Positions 1-9,174 of a DNA stretch of 64,000 nt are shown in pieces. Origin of the DNA: an uncultured Candidatus Saccharibacteria bacterium (GTDB lineage Bacteria > Patescibacteriota > Minisyncoccia > Phycocordibacterales > CSBR16-119); assembly GCA_964557535.1 (NCBI GenBank), contig CAZLAD010000004.1:19039-83038 (forward strand), read 5' to 3'. The translations under genes and the position numbers were made by a program. Within the stretch, counting starts at the first letter, position 1. Each line of letters starts with the position of its first letter. The notes below the pieces were generated by a model. That model was not told the DNA's origin and did no database searches. It was given only the letters and a program-made list of their open reading frames with translations.

Positions 1-2419
1 AAGGTTTTTGATTTTTAATTTCTGTTATCTTGTAGAAAATTTTTGGATCTTCTAGATATAACGCATCATTTGGACAGTTGATGATGAAGTTCATGGCAGA
101 CATCGTCATCTGTCGAGTTCGTCCGGTTGTGTTTGGACTAATCTTACTTGGTGCTCCAAGCCATGGCTTGATAATCGTATCCCAGTGCAAAGCTTGGAAA
201 TTGTGAACGGCCTGAGTGGTCGCCCAATCATATGTTCCGTTTACAGTGAGTCCAGCATTCATGTATTCGTTTAGGAATGTCTGGAGAGCTTTGACTTCAC
301 TTTTTGTACTTCCAGTATCGTGATACTGAGTGAATTGAACACAAGCAGTATCAGTTGCACCCAAGACTTCTCCGTCAGATGAAATTCTACTTCCACTAGA
401 TGAAGAAGAACCACCGCCTCCTCCACCGCCGTTATCTTCATCGTCTCCTCCACCGCCATTGTCGTCTTCACAGTCTTCATCGATGGTTAGGGTTTTTACT
501 ACAACGGTCGAATCTTGTCCGTCGTTTGCTGTATAAGTAATCGTGTATACACCATTTGCACCAAAGACTATTGGATCTGGACTAACGACGTAAGTCAATG
601 TAACGGTGTCACCGTCAGCATCACTAGTTGTGACACCACTAGTAAAGTCAAACGATTCTGCTGACCAAAGAATACACTCATCAGCCAAGACAATCGCTGG
701 AGGATTATTGTCGTCTCCGCCCTCATTATCATCGTCGCACTCTTCGTCTAGAGAGTAAGTGTAAGTTGTAGAGAATCTGTCGTCGGCTGTTCCCACGCCA
801 AGGTCAAAATACGCCTTGTCGCCAGTTATCCAAACCAAATCTTCGTGTCCACCAGCTGCTCCCGTTTCCAACTTATTCTGTCCAGTAGCCGAAGTTAAAA
901 CTGTCGGAATACCATTGAAAAATTCAATGTATCCTTCAACGAATTCCTGTCCTGTCCCCTTTGGAAGATGACTTCCGTGAAGTTCTAGAACAATTTTATT
1001 GTCTGCTCGTCTCTTTACTGCAAGTCCAGAAACGTCGGCAAAATTTTCTATATTTTGCATGTCGGCCGGAGAAACTGGGAACCACGCACCGTCCGCAACA
1101 GTATTGATTGATGATCCTAGATAAATAGTATCAGTCAAATCTCCTGCTCCAACATTTGAGTGGGAAGTTACCACGACGCGTGCCCAAACGGCCTGAGATT
1201 CACAAGATGGATTTTCTTCTTCATTATCGTTATTTACAACACGAATTGTTCGAGTCTCCTGATCTGCCGTAAGTCCTTCGGAGTCTTCGACATCGTAAGT
1301 CACGATATAAGTTCCAAGCGTATTACAATCAACTGTTCCCGCGTATTCGATTTCACTTGTGATATCTCCATCCTCAAGATCATCCGCAGTAACTCCGTTT
1401 AAAATGAATGCTTCGTCACAAACAGTTCCAATAAAGACTTCGACAACTTCTGGAACAACTGTTATATCTGGTGGGGTGTTTTTCTTGCCACCGCCGTCGT
1501 CTTCAACACAATTTACACGAACGTCATCTAGAAACATTCCAAATGAATTAGCGTCGCCAAGATCAGCAAAAGTGATTGTGTGTGACGTTGAGTCAGCGGT
1601 GAAATTGTTGGTTTTCTGATACCAGTTTGTATCTGAGTCACCAACGCCGTTAGTCGTTACCGAAAGATCCCAAGGGAAACCATCTATATATAGACCGACC
1701 TTGTTGTCATCCATTCCGTATCCAGGTCGAGCAGAATAGAAGTATGAGATTTCATATTCCTGTCCAGGAACTGTGGTGATAGTTTGAGAGATTCGAGTTG
1801 AGGCAGCTTCGTTTGAGATTGATCCGCCAGGTCCGTCAAAATCAGAATCCAGTTCTAGATACTGTTCACCGGAGTGAGCAGAGTAGATTTGCTGTAGTTC
1901 GGCTTTGGCAGGAGTTTCGTCGCCAGAACCAGCTTGCCACTCAACATCCCAAGCCAAACCTGATGTCCCGTCAGCATAGATATTCCAACCACCAGAAAGT
2001 GTCGGATTTTCAAATCCGCCGTTTTCAAAAAGGTTAATTGAAACGTCACAAGATGGTGCTGGAGTAGGAGTATGTCCGCCACCATTGCCGTCACCAGAAA
2101 CAAGATCAAAAGACTCTGTTTCACTTTCAGAGCTAGTTTCTTCTGTTACTTCTATTTCTGTTTGTTCAACTTCGCCCAGAATTTCTGTTTCTGTTTGCTC
2201 TACCTCAGTCGAGATTTCTGTCTCTGTCTGAGTACCTTCGTCTGTGGTTTCGACTTCTTCAGTAGTTGGTTCTGTAGAAACTTCTACTTCTTCGGTAGTA
2301 TCAACGGCTTCTTGAGCTCTAGCGACTAGAGGCATAAAAGATGTCGTGATAGCGAATTGGAAAATGAAGAATCCATAAAAGACTGTCTTTGAAAGATTCT
2401 TGATCTTGATATTTTTCAT
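1..2419 (-). CDS. Large secreted/surface protein with an acidic E/T-rich linker, a carbohydrate-binding-like domain, Ig-like repeats and a C-terminal peptidoglycan-binding domain; 3' end runs off the window
   Basis: Not in the ORF track because there is no stop in the window. Manual translation from the ATG at 2419 gives MKNIKIKNLSKTVFYGFFIFQFAITTSFMPLVARAQEAVDTTEE...NGGFENP...NTPPDITV...ADDLEDGDIT...EVKALQTFLNEYMNAGLTVNGTYDWATTQAVHNFQ, open to the window edge. Confidence 0.8.
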   Translation of the reverse strand, partial: MKNIKIKNLSKTVFYGFFIFQFAITTSFMPLVARAQEAVDTTEEVEVSTEPTTEEVETTDEGTQTETEISTEVEQTETEILGEVEQTEIEVTEETSSESETESFDLVSGDGNGGGHTPTPAPSCDVSINLFENGGFENPTLSGGWNIYADGTSGLAWDVEWQAGSGDETPAKAELQQIYSAHSGEQYLELDSDFDGPGGSISNEAASTRISQTITTVPGQEYEISYFYSARPGYGMDDNKVGLYIDGFPWDLSVTTNGVGDSDTNWYQKTNNFTADSTSHTITFADLGDANSFGMFLDDVRVNCVEDDGGGKKNTPPDITVVPEVVEVFIGTVCDEAFILNGVTADDLEDGDITSEIEYAGTVDCNTLGTYIVTYDVEDSEGLTADQETRTIRVVNNDNEEENPSCESQAVWARVVVTSHSNVGAGDLTDTIYLGSSINTVADGAWFPVSPADMQNIENFADVSGLAVKRRADNKIVLELHGSHLPKGTGQEFVEGYIEFFNGIPTVLTSATGQNKLETGAAGGHEDLVWITGDKAYFDLGVGTADDRFSTTYTYSLDEECDDDNEGGDDNNPPAIVLADECILWSAESFDFTSGVTTSDADGDTVTLTYVVSPDPIVFGANGVYTITYTANDGQDSTVVVKTLTIDEDCEDDNGGGGDDEDNGGGGGGGSSSSSGSRISSDGEVLGATDTACVQFTQYHDTGSTKSEVKALQTFLNEYMNAGLTVNGTYDWATTQAVHNFQALHWDTIIKPWLGAPSKISPNTTGRTRQMTMSAMNFIINCPNDALYLEDPKIFYKITEIKNQKP

Positions 2420-2581
2420 AATAAAATATTTTTTAATAATAAAAAATTAAATTAATAAGCTAATTAAACTCTACAATCACAAGACAAGATTTTTAAAAGG
2501 TTTTCAAAACCCTTTGTCTCACCTGGCAATCTTTTTTTTTACAAATTCAAGCGTTAGATACGTTCGAATGTTTATGGCGGG

Positions 2582-2610
2582 ATTATACACCGGCACATTT
2601 GCTTTGTCAA
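2582..2610 (-). promoter_or_regulatory. Consensus sigma70 promoter for the surface protein gene
   Basis: TTGACA (2610-2605), 17-bp spacer, TATAAT (2587-2582). Confidence 0.7.
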
Positions 2611-2755
2611 GCGATGCCCCAGAATACTTTGCCAATTTTACTATTTTTGAATTAACTGTCAAAAAGACGCTTTTCTGAAGATTTTAAATTAAAAGACATG
2701 CGCCCCCGGCTGGTGACCGGGGGCGCATCATGATGAGGGGGCATAACTCGCACAA

Positions 2756-3046
2756 CTAGTAGGTTCCTGCCAAATGCGGTCTAGCCTTGTCGATCACCCT
2801 TCTCACCTTCTCGGCACTAAATGGCGAGATGATCTTGTACAGACGGAAGGCCGACACGATGGTGACATCGGAGTACTTCTTTGGCCACCAAGCGGCGTGG
2901 CACATCCTCCAAAGGAAGCTACGCCTCGAGCCATTCCTGTTGCCATATGTCAACTTATGGTCGGATTTGCTCGGCAACACTACCGTTTTGTCGCTGGTTC
3001 TGGCCAAGGGCGCAGACACTGGGATCTTCATTGTTGCGGTGTGCAT
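2756..3046 (-). CDS. Hypothetical protein (stand-alone module)
   Basis: TTTACA-17-TATAGT promoter (3120-3092); A/C-rich leader CAACAATCACAAACAAAAAACCCGCAAGTTC-ATG; GC hairpin at 2698-2728 downstream. Confidence 0.55.
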   Translation of the reverse strand: MHTATMKIPVSAPLARTSDKTVVLPSKSDHKLTYGNRNGSRRSFLWRMCHAAWWPKKYSDVTIVSAFRLYKIISPFSAEKVRRVIDKARPHLAGTY

Positions 3047-3133
3047 GAACTTGCGGGTTTTTTGTTTGTGATTGTTGCTGGTCCACAAAACACTATATCC
3101 AAGAATTTAATTTTTGTAAACTATCTAAAAGTA

Positions 3134-5008
3134 TTAACACCCCACCAAAATATTGGCATAAGCTGAAGTGGTGATGTACCACCAACCAGTCGAGTGATCG
3201 AGCGTCGGCCAAGGACGAATTATCTGACTGGAATATTTTTCTTGGAATCTTCGAACGGCCCTGTCGGTATCTTCTCCAAAAAATCCATCGACAGTCAAAT
3301 TACTACCGATTTCGTTATTTAAAAATTCCTGCATCTTCATAACCTCTTCTGGATTATTTTTGTTTGATTTCATTCGAAGATACGTTTTAAAGTACGGACA
3401 CGAATCATTTTTATATTCGATACTCAAATAATCTTCGAACATCCCGCCACGCTCATTGTAAAATCTGACATAAATTCTCTTGGCGCCAGCAACACACCCC
3501 ATCGATCCTTTACAGAGATCCCATTCGAGGTTTCTCTTGGTATATTCTCGAAAATAAATTTCTTTGTTGGAAAAATCTGCATTATTAGATATTTCGTAAT
3601 AAGTTATTGTGTATGGGGCCAACACAATCAAATCCACAAACCGAGAGTTTGTTCTTTTGGGATTACCCTCTATCATCACGTTCGGCATTTGAAAACCATA
3701 AATTGTTGATGCATCTGAGAGATTTTCGACGCTCTCATCTTCCTGATCGTAGATAAAGACATCAATTTTGCCGTTCGTGTCGTCCGCCGTCAAATTTGTG
3801 GCACTGGACAAAAATGCAGTATAGCGACTATCCGAGGAAACGGACGATGTCGAGGACGCACCGTTTCCAATCACATCAGAACTATTTTTACTTACAAGCT
3901 CGATAGTATCTGTATTTCTGTCATAAATAAACACATCAGAAACACCATTGGTATCCCCGTCTACTAAATTTGTCGCGTCTGAATAAAATGAAACGTAACG
4001 CCCATCAGGAGAAATCGAAACTTCTGACGATACTCCGTCACCGCCTTCACCATCGTTGTTCACACTCACACGTTCTATTTCTTCGGTATTTCGATCAAAG
4101 ACAAAAATATCAGATTGTCCCTCGATATCACCAGCAACCAAGTTGGTGGCATCAGAGGCGAACGCGATATACCGACCGTCTCCAGAAATGGCTGGGTTAT
4201 AAGAAATATTGTCTTGATCTCCAGCTATTGTTTTACTGACGAGTTCGGTTGTACCAAGCGTGCGATCACGCACATAAATATCTTGAAAAACATTTAGATC
4301 ATCAGCGTGAAGTGAAGACTGCGTGGCAAAAGCGACATATCGTCCATCGGTAGAAATGGCTGGTTCTAGAGACACCGCACTACCTTCTAATTCATCACTA
4401 TCAACACTCACGCGCTCCGTCACCCCAGTTTCTCGATTATGCACAAAAACATCGGCGGCCCCATTGGCGTCGTCATCAACCAAATTCGTCGCTTCGGATC
4501 CAAAAGTCACATACACACCGTCTCCAGAAATTTCAAGATTACTAAAGACGCCATCATCACCTGCTGTCCCATCAGTATGAACACTTACTCTTTCGGTGAC
4601 ACCAGTTTGTCGATCATGAACAAAAACATCCGAAAATCCTTCGACATCTCCCGCGACCAAGTTCGTGGCGCTCGAGTTAAAAGCAACATATCGTCCATCG
4701 GTAGAAATCGAAGGATCAATCGATGCGCCATTTCCAGGCGTCCCGTCAGTGTGAACACTCACGCGTTCTATTTCTTCGGTATTTCGATCGAAGACGAAAA
4801 TGTCAGAGGTGCCAGTATCTCCGGCAATTAAGTTTGTCGCAGTAGAAGCGAAAACAACATACCGTCCATCAGGAGTTATGCGGACGTAAGAGGAATCATT
4901 GTTTGCCTGAACTCCCAGATCGTTTACACTTGCACGTTCAACCGTCCCCGCCACGACGAAAAACGCTGGAATTGAAATAATTGCCAAAAGAAAAAATAGT
5001 GTTCGCAT
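3134..5008 (-). CDS. Secreted TolB-like/PD40 beta-propeller protein with a C-terminal peptidoglycan-binding domain
   Basis: Signal peptide; repeats of ISxDGRYVAFxSxATNLVxGD...DVFVxDR; C-terminal EVMKMQEFLN...VDGFFGEDTDRAVRRFQ. Confidence 0.85.
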   Translation of the reverse strand: MRTLFFLLAIISIPAFFVVAGTVERASVNDLGVQANNDSSYVRITPDGRYVVFASTATNLIAGDTGTSDIFVFDRNTEEIERVSVHTDGTPGNGASIDPSISTDGRYVAFNSSATNLVAGDVEGFSDVFVHDRQTGVTERVSVHTDGTAGDDGVFSNLEISGDGVYVTFGSEATNLVDDDANGAADVFVHNRETGVTERVSVDSDELEGSAVSLEPAISTDGRYVAFATQSSLHADDLNVFQDIYVRDRTLGTTELVSKTIAGDQDNISYNPAISGDGRYIAFASDATNLVAGDIEGQSDIFVFDRNTEEIERVSVNNDGEGGDGVSSEVSISPDGRYVSFYSDATNLVDGDTNGVSDVFIYDRNTDTIELVSKNSSDVIGNGASSTSSVSSDSRYTAFLSSATNLTADDTNGKIDVFIYDQEDESVENLSDASTIYGFQMPNVMIEGNPKRTNSRFVDLIVLAPYTITYYEISNNADFSNKEIYFREYTKRNLEWDLCKGSMGCVAGAKRIYVRFYNERGGMFEDYLSIEYKNDSCPYFKTYLRMKSNKNNPEEVMKMQEFLNNEIGSNLTVDGFFGEDTDRAVRRFQEKYSSQIIRPWPTLDHSTGWWYITTSAYANILVGC

Positions 5009-5072
5009 TGCAAATCTATTTTAGCAAAGAAGCGACCTTTGACAGATAAAATATGGGGACAAAAATCTTCGG

Positions 5073-5145
5073 TGGACCCTAGGAGATTCGAACTCCTGAC
5101 CTCCGCTTTGCAAAAGCGGCGCTCTACCAACTAAGCTAAGGGCCC
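5073..5145 (-). tRNA. tRNA-Ala(TGC)
   Basis: GGGCCCTTAGCTTAGTTGGTAGAGCGCCGCTTTTGCAAAGCGGAGGTCAGGAGTTCGAATCTCCTAGGGTCCA; G3:U70 pair, anticodon TGC. Confidence 0.97.
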
Positions 5146-5184
5146 CTCTGCTCGCGAGCAGAGGGGCTAAGGGCCCTCCACTTG

Positions 5185-5439
5185 CTAGCTAATTGAATTC
5201 TTTATTCTCTTCTTAAGCTCTTTGTATCCCGCAGCAAAAGATTTTAGCATGTCTTCACGATGTCGTGCATCAGCTAAAGCCTTGTATGCCTCGTAATAAA
5301 CGAGCTCAAAAGGGGCTTTGTGTTTTGTCGAAAGATTCTTCTTTCCATTGTGTTCAGCAAAACGCCTTTTGAGATCATTTGTATACCCAATATATATCGA
5401 TTCGTCTACCCTGCTCTTTAAAATGTACACGTAAAACAT
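5185..5439 (-). CDS. Small GIY-YIG nuclease family protein
   Basis: YVYILKS...IYIGYTNDLKRRFAEHN...LVYYEAY...ARHRE. Confidence 0.9.
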   Translation of the reverse strand: MFYVYILKSRVDESIYIGYTNDLKRRFAEHNGKKNLSTKHKAPFELVYYEAYKALADARHREDMLKSFAAGYKELKKRIKNSIS

Positions 5440-5582
5440 AATTTGACAAGCAAACTACCCTAACGTAACGACAGGCAATATTCTATACAATTTTTTCCTT
5501 TTTGCAAAGGTGGTTTGACAATTATTCATTTCGGTGTAATGTTTTGGACGAACAACAATGTTCACCCTAAAACCTTTACGCC

Positions 5583-5936
5583 ATGAGCATGGAGAACCGC
5601 TTTTTCATCATCACTGAGATCGAGCCACACGGCGCAGAAGCCGTAGAGACCCTCGCAGAAGTCCAGGACTTCCTCGACAATGAACATTACCCTGAGGTCG
5701 AGGAAGCCGGTGGTCCGCGATTACTCGCCAAGATTGTGGTGAAAGGTGGTCCAAGCGATGCCGACGACACCATTACCTACGTACAAGAGATCCAGGGCGG
5801 CATCGAAGGATGGGACAAGTACAACAACGGAAAGCGCCCAGGGCTCAAAGCCAAGTTCAAGGCGAAGCTGGGAGAACGCATGCAAAGAGGAGACTTCAGC
5901 ATGAAACAGAAAGCCTCCAAAGGCATCGTGCTCTAG
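5583..5936 (+). CDS. Hypothetical protein (stand-alone module)
   Basis: TTGACA (5515) / TAATGT (5537) promoter, leader ACCCTAAAACCTTTACGCC-ATG, hairpin at 5960-5983. Confidence 0.65.
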   Translation: MSMENRFFIITEIEPHGAEAVETLAEVQDFLDNEHYPEVEEAGGPRLLAKIVVKGGPSDADDTITYVQEIQGGIEGWDKYNNGKRPGLKAKFKAKLGERMQRGDFSMKQKASKGIVL

Positions 5937-5989
5937 TCAACAACACTGCGATAATTGAAAAGGCCCGCCGCATGGCGGGCCTTCTCATT

Positions 5990-6550
5990 TTATTTTAATT
6001 CTTTGTATCGAAAACACGTCGTCAGGTGGTCATTTACCATCCCAATTCCTTGCATAAAGGCGTAAGTCACCGTCGAACCGCAAAATTTAAATCCGCGGGA
6101 TTTCATATCAGCGGCAATTTTGTCTGACAGCGGTGTTGTCGCGCGCATATGCGACGAGTGTTTCAATTTATTTTGAATCGGTTTGTTATCGACGAATCCC
6201 CAAATGTATTTTGAAAATGTTCCAAACTCCTCGCGAACTTTTATAAAGGCTTTTGCATTTGCAACCGTGCCGGCAATTTTCAAACGATTACGTATAATTC
6301 CTGGGTCTTTCAAAAGTTTCGCCTCTCTCGCTTTTGTATACTTCGCAATTTTTTGCCAATCAAAATTATCAAAGGCTTTGGCAAAATTTTCTCTTTTATG
6401 TAAAACGATTCTCCACGAAAGCCCAGCCTGAAAAGTATCTAGCACGATGGCACGAAAAATCTTTTTATCATCGCGCTCTGGTTTGCCCCACTCCGTGTCG
6501 TGGTATTTCTGCATCAACACATCTTCCTCTGGCCACGCACAACGTTTCAT
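5990..6550 (-). CDS. tag: DNA-3-methyladenine glycosylase I
   Basis: RCAW...YHDTEWG, QAGLSW, IIRNRLKI, GMVNDHLTTC. Confidence 0.95.
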   Translation of the reverse strand: MKRCAWPEEDVLMQKYHDTEWGKPERDDKKIFRAIVLDTFQAGLSWRIVLHKRENFAKAFDNFDWQKIAKYTKAREAKLLKDPGIIRNRLKIAGTVANAKAFIKVREEFGTFSKYIWGFVDNKPIQNKLKHSSHMRATTPLSDKIAADMKSRGFKFCGSTVTYAFMQGIGMVNDHLTTCFRYKELK

Positions 6551-7546
6551 CTATTTGATATTCCTAGAAATAAGATGATCGATAAATTCGGCTTCGGACA
6601 TACCAACTGATTCGAGTAAACTATGCATCGGCATCCCACGACCGAGAATTGGCACAGAGTCTACCTCCAAAACAAAAATTTCATCTTTTGGTGAAATGAT
6701 ATATTCGACAAGCGAAAAATCCGCGAGCCCAAATTCCCTGTGTATCTCGCGAGTCATATCTTCGATGCGTTTTTTGTATCTATCATCCTTGCCGACAATA
6801 TAGACTCGGTGAAGTCCCATTGGCCGAGGACCCGCTTTTGGCATGTCTTCCCTCGACAAGACTTCATGAGGTGGCATCACATAATGCGAATCATTTCGAT
6901 AATCTTCGAGAATTGCTGACACGACTTCTTTGCCCTCGACATATTCTTCGATCAAAATTTCGTTGAATATGTCGGCCAAGTGATCGAGAATCGAGATAAG
7001 TTCCGAAAAACTTGTGACCAGATATGTGTGTGTCGAAGCACTCCCCAAAATAGGTTTGACAATCCAACTTCCGCCAAGCTTTTTGAAAACTTCCATCGCC
7101 TTGCGACGGATGTGATTTAGTCTTTCGGTCTCGTCGTTGAATTTCCCTAGATCTTGGAGAACGACATAACGCGGAGTTTTAAATCCAATCGCCCGAAGAC
7201 GTTCTTTGGTGACTCGCTTGTCACCAGTGATAGAAGCCGGCAGAGAATCCGAACCGACAAATGGAATACTTTTGCTTTCCAAGAATTTTTGGATACGTCC
7301 GTCTTCGCCGTCGATGCCATGTAGACAATTAAAAACGACGTCGACGTGTTCGCCTAAATCGTCAGGGCTAAAAGGCACGCCGTTTTGATGCCAGACACCG
7401 TCTCGATCGACAAGTATGTCTATCGGACGATATTTGTCGCGTGAAATATGCGCGAGGACATATGAACCAGTCTCGATTGAAATATTATATTCCGGCCCAA
7501 GTCCACCGCGCAAAACGCCAACACGAGTTTTTTCTCGAATTTCCAT
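6551..7546 (-). CDS. ddl: D-Ala-D-Ala ligase-like ATP-grasp protein (divergent)
   Basis: VGVLRGG..PEYNISIETG, LHGIDGEDG, IVKP..GS, IEEYVEGKE; C-terminal motifs are degenerate. Confidence 0.7.
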   Translation of the reverse strand: MEIREKTRVGVLRGGLGPEYNISIETGSYVLAHISRDKYRPIDILVDRDGVWHQNGVPFSPDDLGEHVDVVFNCLHGIDGEDGRIQKFLESKSIPFVGSDSLPASITGDKRVTKERLRAIGFKTPRYVVLQDLGKFNDETERLNHIRRKAMEVFKKLGGSWIVKPILGSASTHTYLVTSFSELISILDHLADIFNEILIEEYVEGKEVVSAILEDYRNDSHYVMPPHEVLSREDMPKAGPRPMGLHRVYIVGKDDRYKKRIEDMTREIHREFGLADFSLVEYIISPKDEIFVLEVDSVPILGRGMPMHSLLESVGMSEAEFIDHLISRNIK

Positions 7547-7561
7547 AGAAATATTTTAACA

Positions 7562-8761
7562 TTATTTCATCGACTTGCTGCGAAGGTGCTGGTGATATCT
7601 AACCGCGAATCTGTGTGCCTCGGCGTTGGCGAGGATGATGGATTTTTCGTGTTCTGTTGCAAGTTTTTTATTACCAAGAATTGCCTTTGGTTTATGACGC
7701 TCGTTTTTGACCACAGCAACAACTGTGATTTGCACGCCGAGTTCATTGAAAATATTTTCCACACGACGCTTCTGCGCGACCGACCCGTCGACAACTATGA
7801 GATTTGGATAAAGCCATTCCGGATGCCCAAGCCGACGTTTTATCACTTCGGCGAGCGCACCGACGTCGTTTGATTTGTCATATCCGCGAATCTTAAATTT
7901 TCGATATTCATTTTTGTCGGCCACGCCATCGGTCACGACAGTCATGACGCCGACCATGTTTGTGCCCGAGATGTGCGAGATGTCGTAGGCTTCGACACGA
8001 AAACCGGTCGCCTTTTTGACTAGATCATCTTTTTTGATAAGCGAAATATCATTCAAATGTTTCAAGGCGAGCAATTTTTGCTTTACTTTATTTGCCTCTT
8101 CAAAACGCATTTGTTTGGCCAAGCTCGCCATTTCCTTTTCCAAATTTTTCAGAAGTTCTTTTTTCTTGGCTTTGAAAAACAAAACGATGCTTTCGATATT
8201 TTTCTCATAAGCTTGTTTGGCTTCGATATTTGTCGAGTCCGGCGCAAGTCCAAGTTGTCGATAAAAAGTAAATTGGTCTTTTTTCACCGACGAATCATCG
8301 TGAAATGGAAAAATCCGCCGAACGATTTTCAAACCTTCGCGAATCGCCGGGCCGTTTGGAAAAGGACCGAATGTCTCTCGTAAGTCGTAAGTCGTAAGTC
8401 GTAAGTCACTTTCGCGTTCGAGTAAAACTCTTGGAAAATCTTCATCAGTGATGACCACAAAATAAAAACTCTTATCATCTTTTTCTTTGGTGTTATAAAA
8501 CGGACGGAACTTTTTGATCAGGTTCGCCTCGAGGATAATCGCCTCGAGGACAGAATCGGTTTCAATGTGTTCAACTTTCTTCGCAAGCGTCACCATATCG
8601 ACGAGAAGTGGTCCACGTGTTTCGATGAGATCATCGCCAAAATAGCTCCGCACACGATCGCGCAGAGATGTCGCTCGTCCGACGTACAAGACCTTGTTTC
8701 CAGACTTGAATATGTAGACGCCTGGACCATCCGGCAATTTTGGTAAACCCTTCTTTTTCAT
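7562..8761 (-). CDS. uvrC: Excinuclease ABC subunit C (compact form)
   Basis: PGVYIF...YVGRATSLRDRVRSYF GIY-YIG domain; EAYDISH, PNLIVVDG, EAHRFA; no C-terminal HhH. Confidence 0.92.
   Translation of the reverse strand: MKKKGLPKLPDGPGVYIFKSGNKVLYVGRATSLRDRVRSYFGDDLIETRGPLLVDMVTLAKKVEHIETDSVLEAIILEANLIKKFRPFYNTKEKDDKSFYFVVITDEDFPRVLLERESDLRLTTYDLRETFGPFPNGPAIREGLKIVRRIFPFHDDSSVKKDQFTFYRQLGLAPDSTNIEAKQAYEKNIESIVLFFKAKKKELLKNLEKEMASLAKQMRFEEANKVKQKLLALKHLNDISLIKKDDLVKKATGFRVEAYDISHISGTNMVGVMTVVTDGVADKNEYRKFKIRGYDKSNDVGALAEVIKRRLGHPEWLYPNLIVVDGSVAQKRRVENIFNELGVQITVVAVVKNERHKPKAILGNKKLATEHEKSIILANAEAHRFAVRYHQHLRSKSMK
8378..8407. repeat. Heptamer tandem repeat (TCGTAAG)x4 inside uvrC
   Basis: tcgtaag tcgtaag tcgtaag tcgtaag tc; encodes DLRLTTYDLR. 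Confidence 0.9.
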
Positions 8762-8840
8762 AATTTTTATCTTACTTGGTTTTCCCCATTTTGACCAATA
8801 TCAAATTATGCGTTATATTTTTGTCCTAAACCTCTTACCC

Positions 8841-9014
8841 GTGCAAGACGTAATCGAAATCTCAGTCCGCGAGGACATGAAAGCAAATGCCGAACTACTA
8901 TTGTACGGCATAGCGATGAGTGGATTTGGCGTGGCGCTGTTCTACGGAGCGTGTCATGTGATGTTCTTTATCGGCTCGCTCTTCAAGCGCGCCATACGAC
9001 AACGTGGTTTCTAG
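8841..9014 (+). CDS. Small membrane protein (stand-alone module)
   Basis: TTGACC-17-TATATT (8791-8819), leader CCTAAACCTCTTACCC-GTG, one hydrophobic helix, hairpin at 9030-9059. Confidence 0.55.
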   Translation: MQDVIEISVREDMKANAELLLYGIAMSGFGVALFYGACHVMFFIGSLFKRAIRQRGF

Positions 9015-9080
9015 AAGGAAGCCACAAAAGAAGCCCTGCGGATTTATTCGCAGGGCTTCCGTTTTTAACTTCAAACCCAA

Positions 9081-9168
9081 GCGAAGTAAAATCTGAATTT
9101 TCTGAACCCGAGGACATAGTGCGTAGACACGCTCCCGGAGGGTAAAGAAAATTCAGATTTTACGAAGC
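9081..9168. repeat. MITE-like hairpin element with an 18-bp inverted repeat
   Basis: GTAAAATCTGAATTTTCT (9086-9103) / AGAAAATTCAGATTTTAC (9146-9163), flanked GCGAA...GAAGC. Confidence 0.75.
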
Positions 9169-9174
9169 GATTTT

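Noticed and set aside
2420-2580. c-di-GMP riboswitch in the surface-protein leader
   Set aside because: A hairpin is present, but the GGCAAA/GGACGCAAA-type conserved nucleotides are absent.
3740-4900. Nucleotide repeats in the beta-propeller gene (e.g. about 4068-4100 versus 4762-4795) as a CRISPR array or DGR template/variable pair
   Set aside because: They are in-frame protein repeats with synonymous differences; there is no reverse transcriptase and no adenine-specific pattern.
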